Numbered from the stretch's first letter, positions 38,212 to 47,782 are shown. The stretch: DNA of 52,829 nucleotides from Cytophagaceae bacterium (GCA_026785975.1 JAJAZB010000078.1:1-52829); one strand, 5' to 3'. The notes: generated from the letters alone by a model not told the origin. Program-made: numbers and translations.

Positions 38212-39642
38212 TCACATCCACCTCATCAGCCACTGGGCCATCTTTTTGACCCGGTTGGTGTAGGGAGGGTATAAAAACCGTAGGGTACCAAAGTTTTGCC
38301 GGAGTACGCCCCGCTGGTTGGAAAATTCGAGAAATCCCCAATGCCCGCCCGATTTGCCAATGCCCGAGTTGTTCACGCCACCCCAGGGCAATTCGGTGTG
38401 GCCGTATTGAATCAGCGTTTCATTGATAACAACCCCGCCCGAACTGGTCTGGTCGAGGTAGTAGCGAATAGCCTCGTTGTTTCGGCTGCCGATGTACAAA
38501 GCCAGTGGTTTTTCGCCCGAACGAATCCGCTGGATGGCTTCTTCGCGGGTTTTGAAGGAAATCACGGGTAGCACCGGGCCAAAAATTTCCTCCTGCATCA
38601 CCCGCATATCGTCGCTCACGTCGGTCAGAATTGTGGGGGCTATGAAATTTTCGGCTTCGTTAGTTTGCCCACCGTGCAACACGTGGGCACCTTTTTCAAC
38701 GGCATCCTCCACAATTCCCTGCACCCGTTTGAAGTGCCGGGCGTTGACAATCCGGCAGTAATCCGACGACTGCTCGACGCCTTTCTGCTCGGGGTTAAAC
38801 ATTCGTTCGGTGCTGGCGCGGAGTTCGTTGAGGAATTCATCCTGAATCCGTTCGTCGATGAGTAAATAATCCGGGGCAATACAGGTTTGGCCGTTGTTGA
38901 AAAACTTGCCCCAGGCCACGCGTTCGGCCACTTTTTTTACGTCCACGGTTTCGTCGATTACGCAGGGTGATTTACCGCCCAGTTCGAGGGTGACCGACGC
39001 CAGATGTTGGGCCGCAGCGGTCATGACGATTTTCCCCACCGCCGGACTTCCCGTAAAATAGATGTGGTTGAAAGGCAACGCTAAAAGCCGCTCGGCGACG
39101 CGGGCATCGCCCTCGAAAACGGCTACTTCGTTGGGAGAAAACAACTCCCTAACCATACCACTCAGCAAAGCCGACGTGTGCGGAGTCATTTCCGATGGTT
39201 TCAAAATCACCGTACAACCCGCGCCAATGGCCATCGCCAGCGGTTTTACCGAGAGGTTGAACGGATAATTCCAGGGCGACAAAATCAACGCATTGCCTTT
39301 CGGCTCGTATTTTACGTAAGCCGTCGTGCCGGTCAGTGGCAACGGCGTGGGTACCCGGCGGGGTTTCATCCAGCCGCTGAGGTGATTGATGATGTACTTG
39401 ATCTCGGCGTTTACCCCCATCAGTTCCCCCAGAATAGTCTCCGTTGCCGGGCGGCGAAAATCGTCGTACAAGGCTTGCTCGATGTCATGTTGGTGCCGCT
39501 GAGTCCAGTCGAGCACCCGGCGTAGTTTCTCAATTCGTTCAGGAGCGGTCGTCAGTGCCAACTGAGCGGCGTAGTCTTGTTGGCTCTTGAAAACCGGATC
39601 AATGTCAATGGTAATTTGCTGAGGGGTCAGAATAGTGCTCAT
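38212..39642 (-). CDS. NAD(P)+ aldehyde dehydrogenase (class-3-like)
   Basis: It has ELGGKSP and the catalytic Cys context FFNNGQTCIAPDY. The ATG is at 39642. Confidence 0.85.
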   Translation of the reverse strand: MSTILTPQQITIDIDPVFKSQQDYAAQLALTTAPERIEKLRRVLDWTQRHQHDIEQALYDDFRRPATETILGELMGVNAEIKYIINHLSGWMKPRRVPTPLPLTGTTAYVKYEPKGNALILSPWNYPFNLSVKPLAMAIGAGCTVILKPSEMTPHTSALLSGMVRELFSPNEVAVFEGDARVAERLLALPFNHIYFTGSPAVGKIVMTAAAQHLASVTLELGGKSPCVIDETVDVKKVAERVAWGKFFNNGQTCIAPDYLLIDERIQDEFLNELRASTERMFNPEQKGVEQSSDYCRIVNARHFKRVQGIVEDAVEKGAHVLHGGQTNEAENFIAPTILTDVSDDMRVMQEEIFGPVLPVISFKTREEAIQRIRSGEKPLALYIGSRNNEAIRYYLDQTSSGGVVINETLIQYGHTELPWGGVNNSGIGKSGGHWGFLEFSNQRGVLRQNFGTLRFLYPPYTNRVKKMAQWLMRWM

Positions 39643-39795
39643 CAGAAAAGTGGTCAATGTGATTCCATTAAAAGTACCTATTTTTTCATTTTAAAATGAC
39701 AAGTTTAGGTTGCTGTTGCGCCAAAGGCAGTTTTATGTAGATTTACTAAAATTTTTGTCAACCCACTCCCTGCCTTGTTAACTGACCAACGAATC

Positions 39796-40788
39796 ATGAG
39801 TATCGTCAGCAACAACATCAAGTATTTGCGCCGCTTGAACGGGCTTACTCAGGAACAGTTTGCCCGGCGGATTGGAATTAAACGACCGTCGATCGGGGCT
39901 TACGAAGAAGCGCGCGCCCATCCCCCCTACGATACGCTCATCACGATGGCGAAACTGTTTGGCGTGACGGTCGATCAACTCATCAAAACCGACCTGCGAA
40001 AAGTCAGGGAAACGCCCGACCTGGGATTGGGTGCTCCGGCAACCAATCAGACGCCGTCGCCCCAACCTTCCCCGCCACCAGTTAACGAACCCCAACCCAT
40101 TGCGACGTTGGTCGAAAAATACTACCGCGACGACCGGACCCAAATCCGGCTGGTGGCCCAGCGCGTGATGCTTAAACGGGTGACGATAAAACCGGGTTCC
40201 AGAAATTCGGATCGCCCGACAGTTTCCCTTCAAGGTTCGCTTCTACCCAGTTTTAACAACAATTACGAAGCTCCGAATGGTCGCCAGGCCCCGCCGCCTC
40301 AGCCGCCAACCCTACCCACAACCCAGGCGATTCCGTTGGTCCGGCAAAATCAAGCCGAGGATTACGCCCGGCGTTCGCGCGATGCCGCCTACCTCGAACA
40401 ATTGCCCACGTTGCAGGTACCCCTGCTCCCGGCGGGCACCTACCGGGCCTTCGAAGCGGGGAATGATTTCGCGTTTCCGGGGGCTTCGCTGGTCGGTAAA
40501 TTTGTCGGAAATTGGTTTGAACTGGAAGATTCCCGGCATTACGTGCTGGTGATTCAAAACCGGGGAACGTTGTATCGACGCGTGTACAATCAGGTAAAAA
40601 TCAAGGGCACACTCCTGCTCAGCGGCGATGATCCAGCGATTTCGAGTCTGGAAATTCCCATCAAAGACGTGCTGGAAGCCTGGGAAGTAAAGGCATTTCT
40701 GAGTTATGAACTTCCGAAACCGGGGCTGTCGGCGGAGCGCCTACGCGGCTTGGTTGAGGAGTTGCAACAAGAACTTCAGCGAGTGTAG
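39796..40788 (+). CDS. XRE-family HTH regulator with a Pro/Gln-rich linker and CI/LexA-like C-terminal domain
   Basis: The HTH is LRRLNGLTQEQFARRIGIKRPSIGAYEE. The linker is TPSPQPSPPPVNEPQP...PPPQPPTLPT. The C-terminal beta-rich part has no clear Ser/Lys dyad. Confidence 0.6.
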   Translation: MSIVSNNIKYLRRLNGLTQEQFARRIGIKRPSIGAYEEARAHPPYDTLITMAKLFGVTVDQLIKTDLRKVRETPDLGLGAPATNQTPSPQPSPPPVNEPQPIATLVEKYYRDDRTQIRLVAQRVMLKRVTIKPGSRNSDRPTVSLQGSLLPSFNNNYEAPNGRQAPPPQPPTLPTTQAIPLVRQNQAEDYARRSRDAAYLEQLPTLQVPLLPAGTYRAFEAGNDFAFPGASLVGKFVGNWFELEDSRHYVLVIQNRGTLYRRVYNQVKIKGTLLLSGDDPAISSLEIPIKDVLEAWEVKAFLSYELPKPGLSAERLRGLVEELQQELQRV

Positions 40789-40799
40789 GTCGTTGAATA

Positions 40800-41600
40800 C
40801 TACTCCGGCAACAGTTCATCGAACGTGTGCTCCAGGTCGGTCAGGTAGCGATTGTTGCCACTCGGGTTTCTCAGCGATTTACCAAACTCGTACCAAAGGC
40901 CGTCACCCACGTTGAGGAATTTTCCCGGATGTTTGGGTTCTTTTTCAACGGCTTTTTCGGCCAGAAATTCCCCCGTGTAAATCATTCGGAGTATCGGATT
41001 AAGGTCATCCCAGCGGAGGTTTTTGGTCTTTTCGATCGTTCCTACCTGCATCCGGGCTTTGACCGTGCGCTTGCTGAAATAAATGTTCATTTCCAACTGA
41101 ACGGATTTATCCTTCATTTTTCGGAGGTAAATCAACTTCAGCGGGGCTTCGATCTGGGCGGTTTCGTAAATGGCCTGAATCAGTTCCTGGCCCGCGTATT
41201 CCCAACCTTCGCGGTTGCGCGGTTTACCCAGTTGGGGCGCTTCAGATTCAACGTCCAGGTTCAGCCAGAGCCGGTTTTCGGCGTCGTCAGCGGGGCGATT
41301 CGTTTTATTGACGATGGTTTTCTGAACCAGATTCTGAACTTCCTCCTGCCAAACCGGCAGTAGCTCACCCGCCCAGTGAAAGTCATCCTGGAGCGTAAAT
41401 CCTTCACTAATGATTTCGTCGTCCGTCAGTTCGTCGCGGTCCAGATACTGAATATTGAAAACCACATCCAGGCCCCCGGCCTGATTGACCGTGCCCTTCA
41501 GTGAATATTGGTGCGAGTAAGGCGGCGGAATGATACCCGCCGTTTGAAAGTTGATATCAAACGAGCGTAACGTAGCCGTTTTGGTTTCCATCGATGTCAT
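40800..41600 (-). CDS. Hypothetical protein
   Basis: The track ORF 40800..41819 overlaps menE, so I trimmed to the ATG at 41600 (MTSMETKTATL...). I recognise no family. Confidence 0.5.
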   Translation of the reverse strand: MTSMETKTATLRSFDINFQTAGIIPPPYSHQYSLKGTVNQAGGLDVVFNIQYLDRDELTDDEIISEGFTLQDDFHWAGELLPVWQEEVQNLVQKTIVNKTNRPADDAENRLWLNLDVESEAPQLGKPRNREGWEYAGQELIQAIYETAQIEAPLKLIYLRKMKDKSVQLEMNIYFSKRTVKARMQVGTIEKTKNLRWDDLNPILRMIYTGEFLAEKAVEKEPKHPGKFLNVGDGLWYEFGKSLRNPSGNNRYLTDLEHTFDELLPE

Positions 41601-41661
41601 GTTGGCGTTAAATCTAAATAAATATGTTACAAAACCCGCGCCAACGACTATTATGTTTTTG

Positions 41662-42729
41662 TTAATCAGCGGATTCAGTGAATTTTTCAACCGTTTTTCG
41701 CTTGTCAATTTTCCCCGTTGGCGTCTCGAAAAATTCGCGAACGGCCACCCACCGACGGGGTGCTTCGTAGGCGGATAAGCCCTCCCGCAACGATTCGTCC
41801 ACGCTAATTTGCTGCGCAAGCGTCAACGGCGCACCCTCCACGACCAACGCCACCTGTTGCCCCAACCGTTCATCCGGCAAACCAAACACAAAAAACCGAC
41901 CCGAAAAACCAACCCTGCGGAGGGCAACTTCGGCGGCGTTTTCTATTCGTTCTGGCTGTACTTTTACCCCGCCCGAGTTGATGATGTTGTCAAAACGCCC
42001 CAACCAGTCAAATGTTTGGGTATCAACCCATTTCACGACATCGTTGGTTTGAATGATCTCCTCGTTCGTGATCGCGCCGCGTACCCACAGACAGGCCCGG
42101 TCGTCACTTCCCGCCCCGACTCCTTCGAGCAAGTGATAGCGTTCCGAACGCTCCACCCCGTTGAGCCGTCGAGTGGCCACGTGCGAAACCGTTTCGGTCA
42201 TCCCGTAAGTGCTGAAGACCGGTGCCTCGATGGCTTGAATTGCTGTTTCCAACGTTGCCGAAACCGTAGCTCCCCCCACCAGAATGGCCTTCATCGGGTG
42301 GAGAATTGGCAGATTTTCTGCTGGATTTTCCAGAATAGTTTGCAGTTGGAGGGGCACAAACGCGGCAAAATCGAGGGGTTCCTGCGAATTCAAATTCTTC
42401 AACGGATGGGTTGACGGTTCAACCACGGTCAACAACAAATTCAACTCCATCGCCCGCACGAGCATCATAATCCCCGCGATGTAGGCCACATTGAGGCAAC
42501 AAAGTGCGTGATCGCCGGGCATTAGGCCAAACGTATCGCCCGTCATACGAGCCGAAGCAATTAGTTGTTGGCGGGTTAGTTTGATCGGCTTTGGTTTTCC
42601 CGTTGAACCAGACGTTTGTAGCGTAAAAACGCCTTGCCCGGCCCGCCATTTTTGGCAAAAATCAAGTGCCTGCGCGTCGTAGGGCGATTGGGGTTCGGGT
42701 AAGGGCTGACCAGGAATGAGGCGAATCAT
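41662..42729 (-). CDS. menE: O-succinylbenzoate--CoA ligase (short AMP-binding enzyme)
   Basis: The AMP-binding motif is TSGSTGKPKPI. The roughly 355-aa short form sits next to menB. The ATG is at 42729. Confidence 0.7.
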   Translation of the reverse strand: MIRLIPGQPLPEPQSPYDAQALDFCQKWRAGQGVFTLQTSGSTGKPKPIKLTRQQLIASARMTGDTFGLMPGDHALCCLNVAYIAGIMMLVRAMELNLLLTVVEPSTHPLKNLNSQEPLDFAAFVPLQLQTILENPAENLPILHPMKAILVGGATVSATLETAIQAIEAPVFSTYGMTETVSHVATRRLNGVERSERYHLLEGVGAGSDDRACLWVRGAITNEEIIQTNDVVKWVDTQTFDWLGRFDNIINSGGVKVQPERIENAAEVALRRVGFSGRFFVFGLPDERLGQQVALVVEGAPLTLAQQISVDESLREGLSAYEAPRRWVAVREFFETPTGKIDKRKTVEKFTESAD

Positions 42730-42865
42730 CAGAAGCAATATCGGTTTCTCCCCTCAAAAAACGCATTATTTTCTCTTTTCCACCAGTCCAGTTCGGCAGA
42801 TTGGTTCTGCTTTGCCCAAACAATCCCTAATTTTGCGCGTTGTGCGGAAAAGGCACCTGGCATTT

Positions 42866-43315
42866 ATGAACGAGGAAAATCCAATCCATCCCGATAAAGT
42901 TACCGATCATCCAGGCTTATTGCCCTACGCGCATACGGCGGGCGGGGCCGTTATTCGACCCGAAGATGAGGGTAAAATAAAAGGAAAGGCTGTGCGGGCG
43001 ATGCGGCAGCAGACCGACCGGCAAATGGGCCAGCTCAAAGGGCAAATGCAAACCCTGGTGCAACAGGCCCACGAAATTCAGCGGCGCATCGAGGTTTCGG
43101 AGCGAATTTACACCGCCACGATCAACTTCGAGCCGCACATCGGACAAACGCTTTTCATGTACGAGCGCAACGATGGCAGCGATTTGCTTTCCCTCGTTGC
43201 TCCCCACGAGTGGGGTCGTTCGTTTAAATACCGCCGTTTCGTCGCCCGGGTCACGATGCTCTACGATCACACCTGGGACGTGGAATTTCAGGAAGATCTA
43301 ACCAATTTTGAATGA
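42866..43315 (+). CDS. Conserved hypothetical protein (DUF2452-like)
   Basis: Trimmed to the ATG at 42866 (MNEENPIHPDK...). HPGLLPYAHTAGGAVIRPED resembles DUF2452 only by weak recall. Confidence 0.45.
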   Translation: MNEENPIHPDKVTDHPGLLPYAHTAGGAVIRPEDEGKIKGKAVRAMRQQTDRQMGQLKGQMQTLVQQAHEIQRRIEVSERIYTATINFEPHIGQTLFMYERNDGSDLLSLVAPHEWGRSFKYRRFVARVTMLYDHTWDVEFQEDLTNFE

Positions 43316-43412
43316 GTGAATGATAGAATGCGGATCGCCGCCCGAAATGAATTGACTCAGGCCGGAACTATTCATTCCGGGGGGCGATCCGCATTCTATC
43401 ATTCACTCATTC
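43310..43412. repeat. Long word-palindrome hairpin overlapping the stop codon at 43313
   Basis: GAATGAGTGAATGATAGAATGCGGATCGCC (43310-43339) is a perfect 30-bp reverse complement of 43383-43412. The stem extends to about 43 bp with a few mismatches (43340/43382, 43345/43377), leaving a 17-nt loop. Confidence 0.9.
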
Positions 43413-43430
43413 ACTCATTTTTCACCTCCG

Positions 43431-44285
43431 ATGAGTACAAACTCCAAAACCGCCCCGATTCTGGCCTGGCACTACGCCTGGGAACCGATTAAGGCGTTTC
43501 AAGAAATAAGGTATCTGTATTTTGAAGGCGTCGCGATGATTTCGATCAACCGCCCGCAGGTACACAATGCGTTTACGCCCTTGACGGTCCGGGAAATGAG
43601 CGAAGCCATGGAACTGGCCCGGCAGGACGGGCGGGTCGGTGTGGTCATCCTCACGGGTGAGGGCGGTCGGGCGTTCTGCTCGGGTGGCGACCAAAGTGTG
43701 CGGGGTCATGGCGGGTACGTGGGCGAAGACACCGTGCCCCGACTCAACGTACTGGATTTGCAGAAGCAGATTCGTTCGATTCCCAAACCCGTCGTGGCGA
43801 TGGTGGCGGGCTACGCCATTGGCGGCGGACACGTGTTGCACGTCGTTTGTGACCTGACCATTGCCGCCGAAAATGCGCGTTTTGGTCAAACCGGGCCTAA
43901 AGTGGGTAGTTTCGACGGTGGTTTTGGGGCGAGTTACCTGGCCCGCGTGGTGGGCCAGAAAAAAGCCCGTGAAATCTGGTTTCTCTGCGATCAGTACGAC
44001 GCCCGCGAAGCGCTCGATATGGGTTTGGTCAACAAAGTAGTACCCCTTGAAGCTCTGGAAGAAACCACGATGCAGTGGTGCCGGAAAATGCTCGAAAGGA
44101 GTCCGCTGGCCCTTCGGATGCTTAAATCCTCGTTCAACGCCGAACTCGACGGGCAGGCGGGGATTCAGGAACTGGCCGGAAATGCCACCCTGTTGTATTA
44201 CCTCAGCGACGAAGCCAAAGAAGGCCGGGATGCGTTTATTGAGAAACGACCGCCTGATTTTAGTAAATTCCCGAAATTTCCCTGA
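43431..44285 (+). CDS. menB: 1,4-dihydroxy-2-naphthoyl-CoA synthase
   Basis: Crotonase fold with [15 protein letters not shown] and [16 protein letters not shown]. Confidence 0.9.
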   Translation: MSTNSKTAPILAWHYAWEPIKAFQEIRYLYFEGVAMISINRPQVHNAFTPLTVREMSEAMELARQDGRVGVVILTGEGGRAFCSGGDQSVRGHGGYVGEDTVPRLNVLDLQKQIRSIPKPVVAMVAGYAIGGGHVLHVVCDLTIAAENARFGQTGPKVGSFDGGFGASYLARVVGQKKAREIWFLCDQYDAREALDMGLVNKVVPLEALEETTMQWCRKMLERSPLALRMLKSSFNAELDGQAGIQELAGNATLLYYLSDEAKEGRDAFIEKRPPDFSKFPKFP

Positions 44286-44369
44286 GTGAGGTGTTTTCAC
44301 AAAACAACAAATCCGCACCCGGTGCGACGTTAATTCCATCAATCTTTTACCACACTTTTGTTGAATCCA

Positions 44370-44807
44370 ATGTTCAGAAACTTATTTCTCCTGCTCCTGG
44401 GCGTGTTTTTCCTAAATCTCAGCGGTTGCCGCCGGGAGGGTATCGCCGTGTTTGAGAACAAAAAGGAAACCCTTCAGCGCGAATGGCGCCAATCCACTGA
44501 AGAAGAACCCCTGGCCGACCGCAAGATTTTCCGCAATGACAATTACGCGTTTCCCGAAACCCAATCCGGCTTTACGGGCAAAGCCCCCTACCGGCAAACG
44601 TATTCGTTCGCGAAAGATGGAAAAGTACTGGTCAGTAAATTGTTGAAAAACAACACCATCACCCAGTACACGGGTACCTGGGATTATTCGGAAACGACTG
44701 AAATGCTGAATGTCAACTACTTTGATGGCGAAGCAAAAAAAGTAACAACCCTGACGTACGAAATCATTACGTTGGTGCAGGACAAATTGGTGGTCAAAAC
44801 CCGCTAA
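44370..44807 (+). CDS. Lipoprotein (lipocalin-like)
   Basis: The lipobox is LNLSGC. The ATG is at 44370. The family is not recognised. Confidence 0.5.
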   Translation: MFRNLFLLLLGVFFLNLSGCRREGIAVFENKKETLQREWRQSTEEEPLADRKIFRNDNYAFPETQSGFTGKAPYRQTYSFAKDGKVLVSKLLKNNTITQYTGTWDYSETTEMLNVNYFDGEAKKVTTLTYEIITLVQDKLVVKTR

Positions 44808-44815
44808 AACCCACG

Positions 44816-45229
44816 ATGCAACACTGGTTGGTCAAAACCGAACCCTTCAAATATTCGTGGGAAACCTTCGTTAGTCAGGGGCGGGGCGTCTGGGACGGGG
44901 TGCGGAATTATCAGGCCCGCAACAACCTGCAAGCCATGAATTCGGGCGATTTGGTGCTGTTTTATCACTCCAACGCAGGTCTCGAAGTGGTGGGTTTAGC
45001 CAGGGTAATCCGTGAGCATTACCCGGATCCGTCGACCGATGATCCCCGGTGGGTCGTCGTCGATCTGGAACCCGTCGAAGCACTACCCAAACCCGTTACC
45101 TTAGCGCAGATGAAAGCCGATGTCCGGTTGCAAAATCTGGCCTTTTTGCGTCAGTCGCGCCTGTCGGTCTCACCCGTCCGTCCCGAAGAATTTGACCTTA
45201 TCGTTGGTTTAGCCCATGAACACGTTTAA
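44816..45229 (+). CDS. EVE domain protein
   Basis: MQHWLVKTEPFKYSWETF...GVWDGVRNYQARNNL...GDLVLFYHS is the canonical EVE/PUA-like N-terminus. Confidence 0.8.
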   Translation: MQHWLVKTEPFKYSWETFVSQGRGVWDGVRNYQARNNLQAMNSGDLVLFYHSNAGLEVVGLARVIREHYPDPSTDDPRWVVVDLEPVEALPKPVTLAQMKADVRLQNLAFLRQSRLSVSPVRPEEFDLIVGLAHEHV

Positions 45230-46817
45230 GTACCTCCTTCTGACCACTTTTCTGGACTTAGCCGTGTCGGGCGTGGCCCAAACGAATTATGCACCGATGG
45301 CCGCTGGCGTAAAGCGACTGGAAATTCCGGTGCCGACCAACGCGGATAACTTTTTTACCATTCCCGTCCGGGACGATGGCGTACTGCTCCTGACCAAAAT
45401 AGGGCGCAGTGGCTACAGTCTGGTGCGCTTCGATACAAATCTGGAACGGCAGTGGCAGGTGGATGGCACGATTTCCGACAACCTCGACTACGTTAATTAC
45501 AGCTACGACGGCAAGGATGTGTATCTGCTTTTCAGCAAGTTTCGGAGCAATCGCTACCAGGTCATCAAGGTGTACGTGGGGCCGGGTTTTACCGAAAAGT
45601 TCGATATTTATTCGCTCGACAAGCTGGAAATCAGCGAGTTCAAGGCCAGTCGGGATGCCGTGTACATTGCGGGTGTGGCGCGGGAGCAACCGGTTTTGCT
45701 GTACACCAATTTACAAACCCGGCAAAGTAAGTTGCTGCCCAGCGCCATGAAAGGTTCGGCGGAGATCCAGTCCATCGAAATCGATTCGATCAATCACCGC
45801 GTCAACGTGACGTACTCCGTGCGTAAGGGTAAAAATTACCAATTGGTTGTTAAATCATTTGACGACGAGGGTCGGCAGGATTCCCAGGTGATTCTGGAAC
45901 CGGAAGAAGAATTTGCCCTGCTCAACGGCAAACTGAGTCCGCTGAGCGACACCACCCAGTTGATGATTGGTACGTATGGCTACCGCTCCATGCAGTCGAC
46001 CACCAAAGGGCCGGTTTCGCAGGGCGTGTACATGAGCCAGATTACGCCCGTGGAAGTGCTCCCCACCCGCTACTACAGTTTCACCGATTTCAAGAATTTT
46101 TTCAGTTTTCTTGACCCCCGCGACCAGGAACGCAAGGAACGGCAAATCCAGCGGAAGAAGGAACGCGGCAGCGACCTCAAACTCAATTACCAGCTACTGA
46201 TTCACGATTTAATCCTCCAGGGCGATCAGTACATTCTGGTGGCCGAGGCGTTTCAACCCACATTTCGCTACCAGAACAATTACCCTTACGGCGGCATGGG
46301 CAGTCCGTTTGGCTTTGGCGGCATGGGCGGTTCGATGTATTCTCCCTACGGCTGGGGTTGGGGGCTGTGGAGCATGAATCCCTGGTATTCGGGGAGTCGA
46401 AGTTTCTGGGGCAACAACCAACAGGTTTTCGATGGTTGGCAGTACACGCACGCGGTCGTAGCGGGCTTCGATAAAAATGGTAACCTGCTCTGGGACAACA
46501 GCTTCGAGATTGATAATGTAAAAACAATGAAGCTGAAAGAGAAAGTCCGCACCAGTATTCGCGATGGGCTGGTTACGCTTTTCTACAGTAATAACGGCGC
46601 GATCCGTTCGAAGGTTGTCAAAGGAAATATCGTGGTGGAAGGCGCGCAGGATAAAGCAATTGCGGCGGAAAAGGGAGGTGATAAAATCCGCCGCAATACC
46701 AACGACGACCTGGAATACTGGTACGATAACTATTTTCTGGCCTGGGGGTATCAGCGCATTCAAAACGAAGCCGATGGGCGGCGCGACGTCTTTTATTTGA
46801 ATAAAATCGCTTTTTAA
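45216..46817 (+). CDS. Secreted hypothetical protein with a Gly/Trp/Tyr-rich segment
   Basis: It has a signal peptide and overlaps the EVE gene by 14 nt. The low-complexity run is YPYGGMGSPFGFGGMGGSMYSPYGWGWGLWSMNPWYSG (about 46281-46412). Confidence 0.55.
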   Translation: MNTFKYLLLTTFLDLAVSGVAQTNYAPMAAGVKRLEIPVPTNADNFFTIPVRDDGVLLLTKIGRSGYSLVRFDTNLERQWQVDGTISDNLDYVNYSYDGKDVYLLFSKFRSNRYQVIKVYVGPGFTEKFDIYSLDKLEISEFKASRDAVYIAGVAREQPVLLYTNLQTRQSKLLPSAMKGSAEIQSIEIDSINHRVNVTYSVRKGKNYQLVVKSFDDEGRQDSQVILEPEEEFALLNGKLSPLSDTTQLMIGTYGYRSMQSTTKGPVSQGVYMSQITPVEVLPTRYYSFTDFKNFFSFLDPRDQERKERQIQRKKERGSDLKLNYQLLIHDLILQGDQYILVAEAFQPTFRYQNNYPYGGMGSPFGFGGMGGSMYSPYGWGWGLWSMNPWYSGSRSFWGNNQQVFDGWQYTHAVVAGFDKNGNLLWDNSFEIDNVKTMKLKEKVRTSIRDGLVTLFYSNNGAIRSKVVKGNIVVEGAQDKAIAAEKGGDKIRRNTNDDLEYWYDNYFLAWGYQRIQNEADGRRDVFYLNKIAF

Positions 46818-46822
46818 ATTCA

Positions 46823-46901
46823 GGAGTGAGGAGTCAGAAGCGAAGAGTGAGTAAAATGAATTTTGTACGTCTACTTACTCCTCGCTCCTCACTCCTTTTT
46901 T
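46823..46901 (+). terminator. Word-palindrome hairpin plus T6, 2 nt before the next ATG
   Basis: GGAGTGAGGAGTCAGAAGCGAAGAGTGAGTA pairs imperfectly with TACTTACTCCTCGCTCCTCACTCC (the outer 9 bp are perfect), followed by TTTTTT. Confidence 0.65.
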
Positions 46902-46903
46902 AT

Positions 46904-47782
46904 ATGCGCCTCCTCTCCCCTTCCCACTGGACGACGTATCAACTAATTGATTCCGGTAATTTTGAAAAACTCGAACGTTTCGGAGCGTATATCCTTGCCC
47001 GGCCCGAACCCCAGGCACTTTGGGATAAGTCGCTGACTGACAGTGCTTGGGAACAACAGGCTCACGCCGTTTTCCGGAAAGAAAAGGGCAGTTCGGAGCG
47101 CGGGGAATGGCTGCGTAAACCCGGAATGCCCGAACGCTGGACGAGCGAATACCAGCACGGAGTCCTCAACCTGAGCTACAAGCTGGCCTTGTCGTCGTTC
47201 AAACATGTGGGGCTTTTCCCCGAACAAGCCGCCAACTGGGATTACCTCGCCCAACACTTGCCTTCGTTTCCGGATCGTCCCAAAGTCCTCAATTTATTTG
47301 CCTACACCGGTGTTGCTTCGCTGGCCGCTCGGGCCTGCGGGGCCGATGTCACGCACGTCGACGCCGTGAAGCAGGTCATCAGTTGGTCGCGCGAAAACAT
47401 GGAACTCAGCGGTCTCGACAACATTCGCTGGGTGGTGGACGATGCGCTTAAATTTGTAAAACGGGAAGTCCGGCGGGGCAATCAGTACCAATGCCTTATT
47501 CTTGACCCGCCCGCCTACGGGCGTGGCCCCGACGGGGAAAAATGGGTGCTGGAGGAACACCTCAACGAGCTGCTGAAGGCTTGCCGCGAGTTGCTCGATC
47601 CCGACCGACACGTCTTCATTCTCAATCTTTATTCGCTTGGTTTTTCAGCCTTGATTGTCGAAAACCTAATCAAGGGTATCTTCGGGGCGATTGCCAACCC
47701 GGAATTTGGCGAATTGTACCTGGCGGATGGCTTCGGAAAAAAACTACCGCTGGGGGTGTTTTATCGGTTTGCGAAATTGTAA
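46904..47782 (+). CDS. Class I SAM-dependent methyltransferase (RlmI/RlmK-like)
   Basis: Motif I is VLNLFAYTGVASLAA and motif IV is LILDPPAYG. The ATG is at 46904. Confidence 0.7.
   Translation: MRLLSPSHWTTYQLIDSGNFEKLERFGAYILARPEPQALWDKSLTDSAWEQQAHAVFRKEKGSSERGEWLRKPGMPERWTSEYQHGVLNLSYKLALSSFKHVGLFPEQAANWDYLAQHLPSFPDRPKVLNLFAYTGVASLAARACGADVTHVDAVKQVISWSRENMELSGLDNIRWVVDDALKFVKREVRRGNQYQCLILDPPAYGRGPDGEKWVLEEHLNELLKACRELLDPDRHVFILNLYSLGFSALIVENLIKGIFGAIANPEFGELYLADGFGKKLPLGVFYRFAKL

Noticed and set aside
43422-44342. 306-aa ORF on the - strand
   Set aside because: It is antisense to menB, which carries clear crotonase motifs.
44816-45229. EVE-domain gene as a modification-dependent defence component
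   Set aside because: It is a stand-alone 137-aa EVE protein without nuclease or ATPase fusion or neighbours. That is more consistent with the common housekeeping form.
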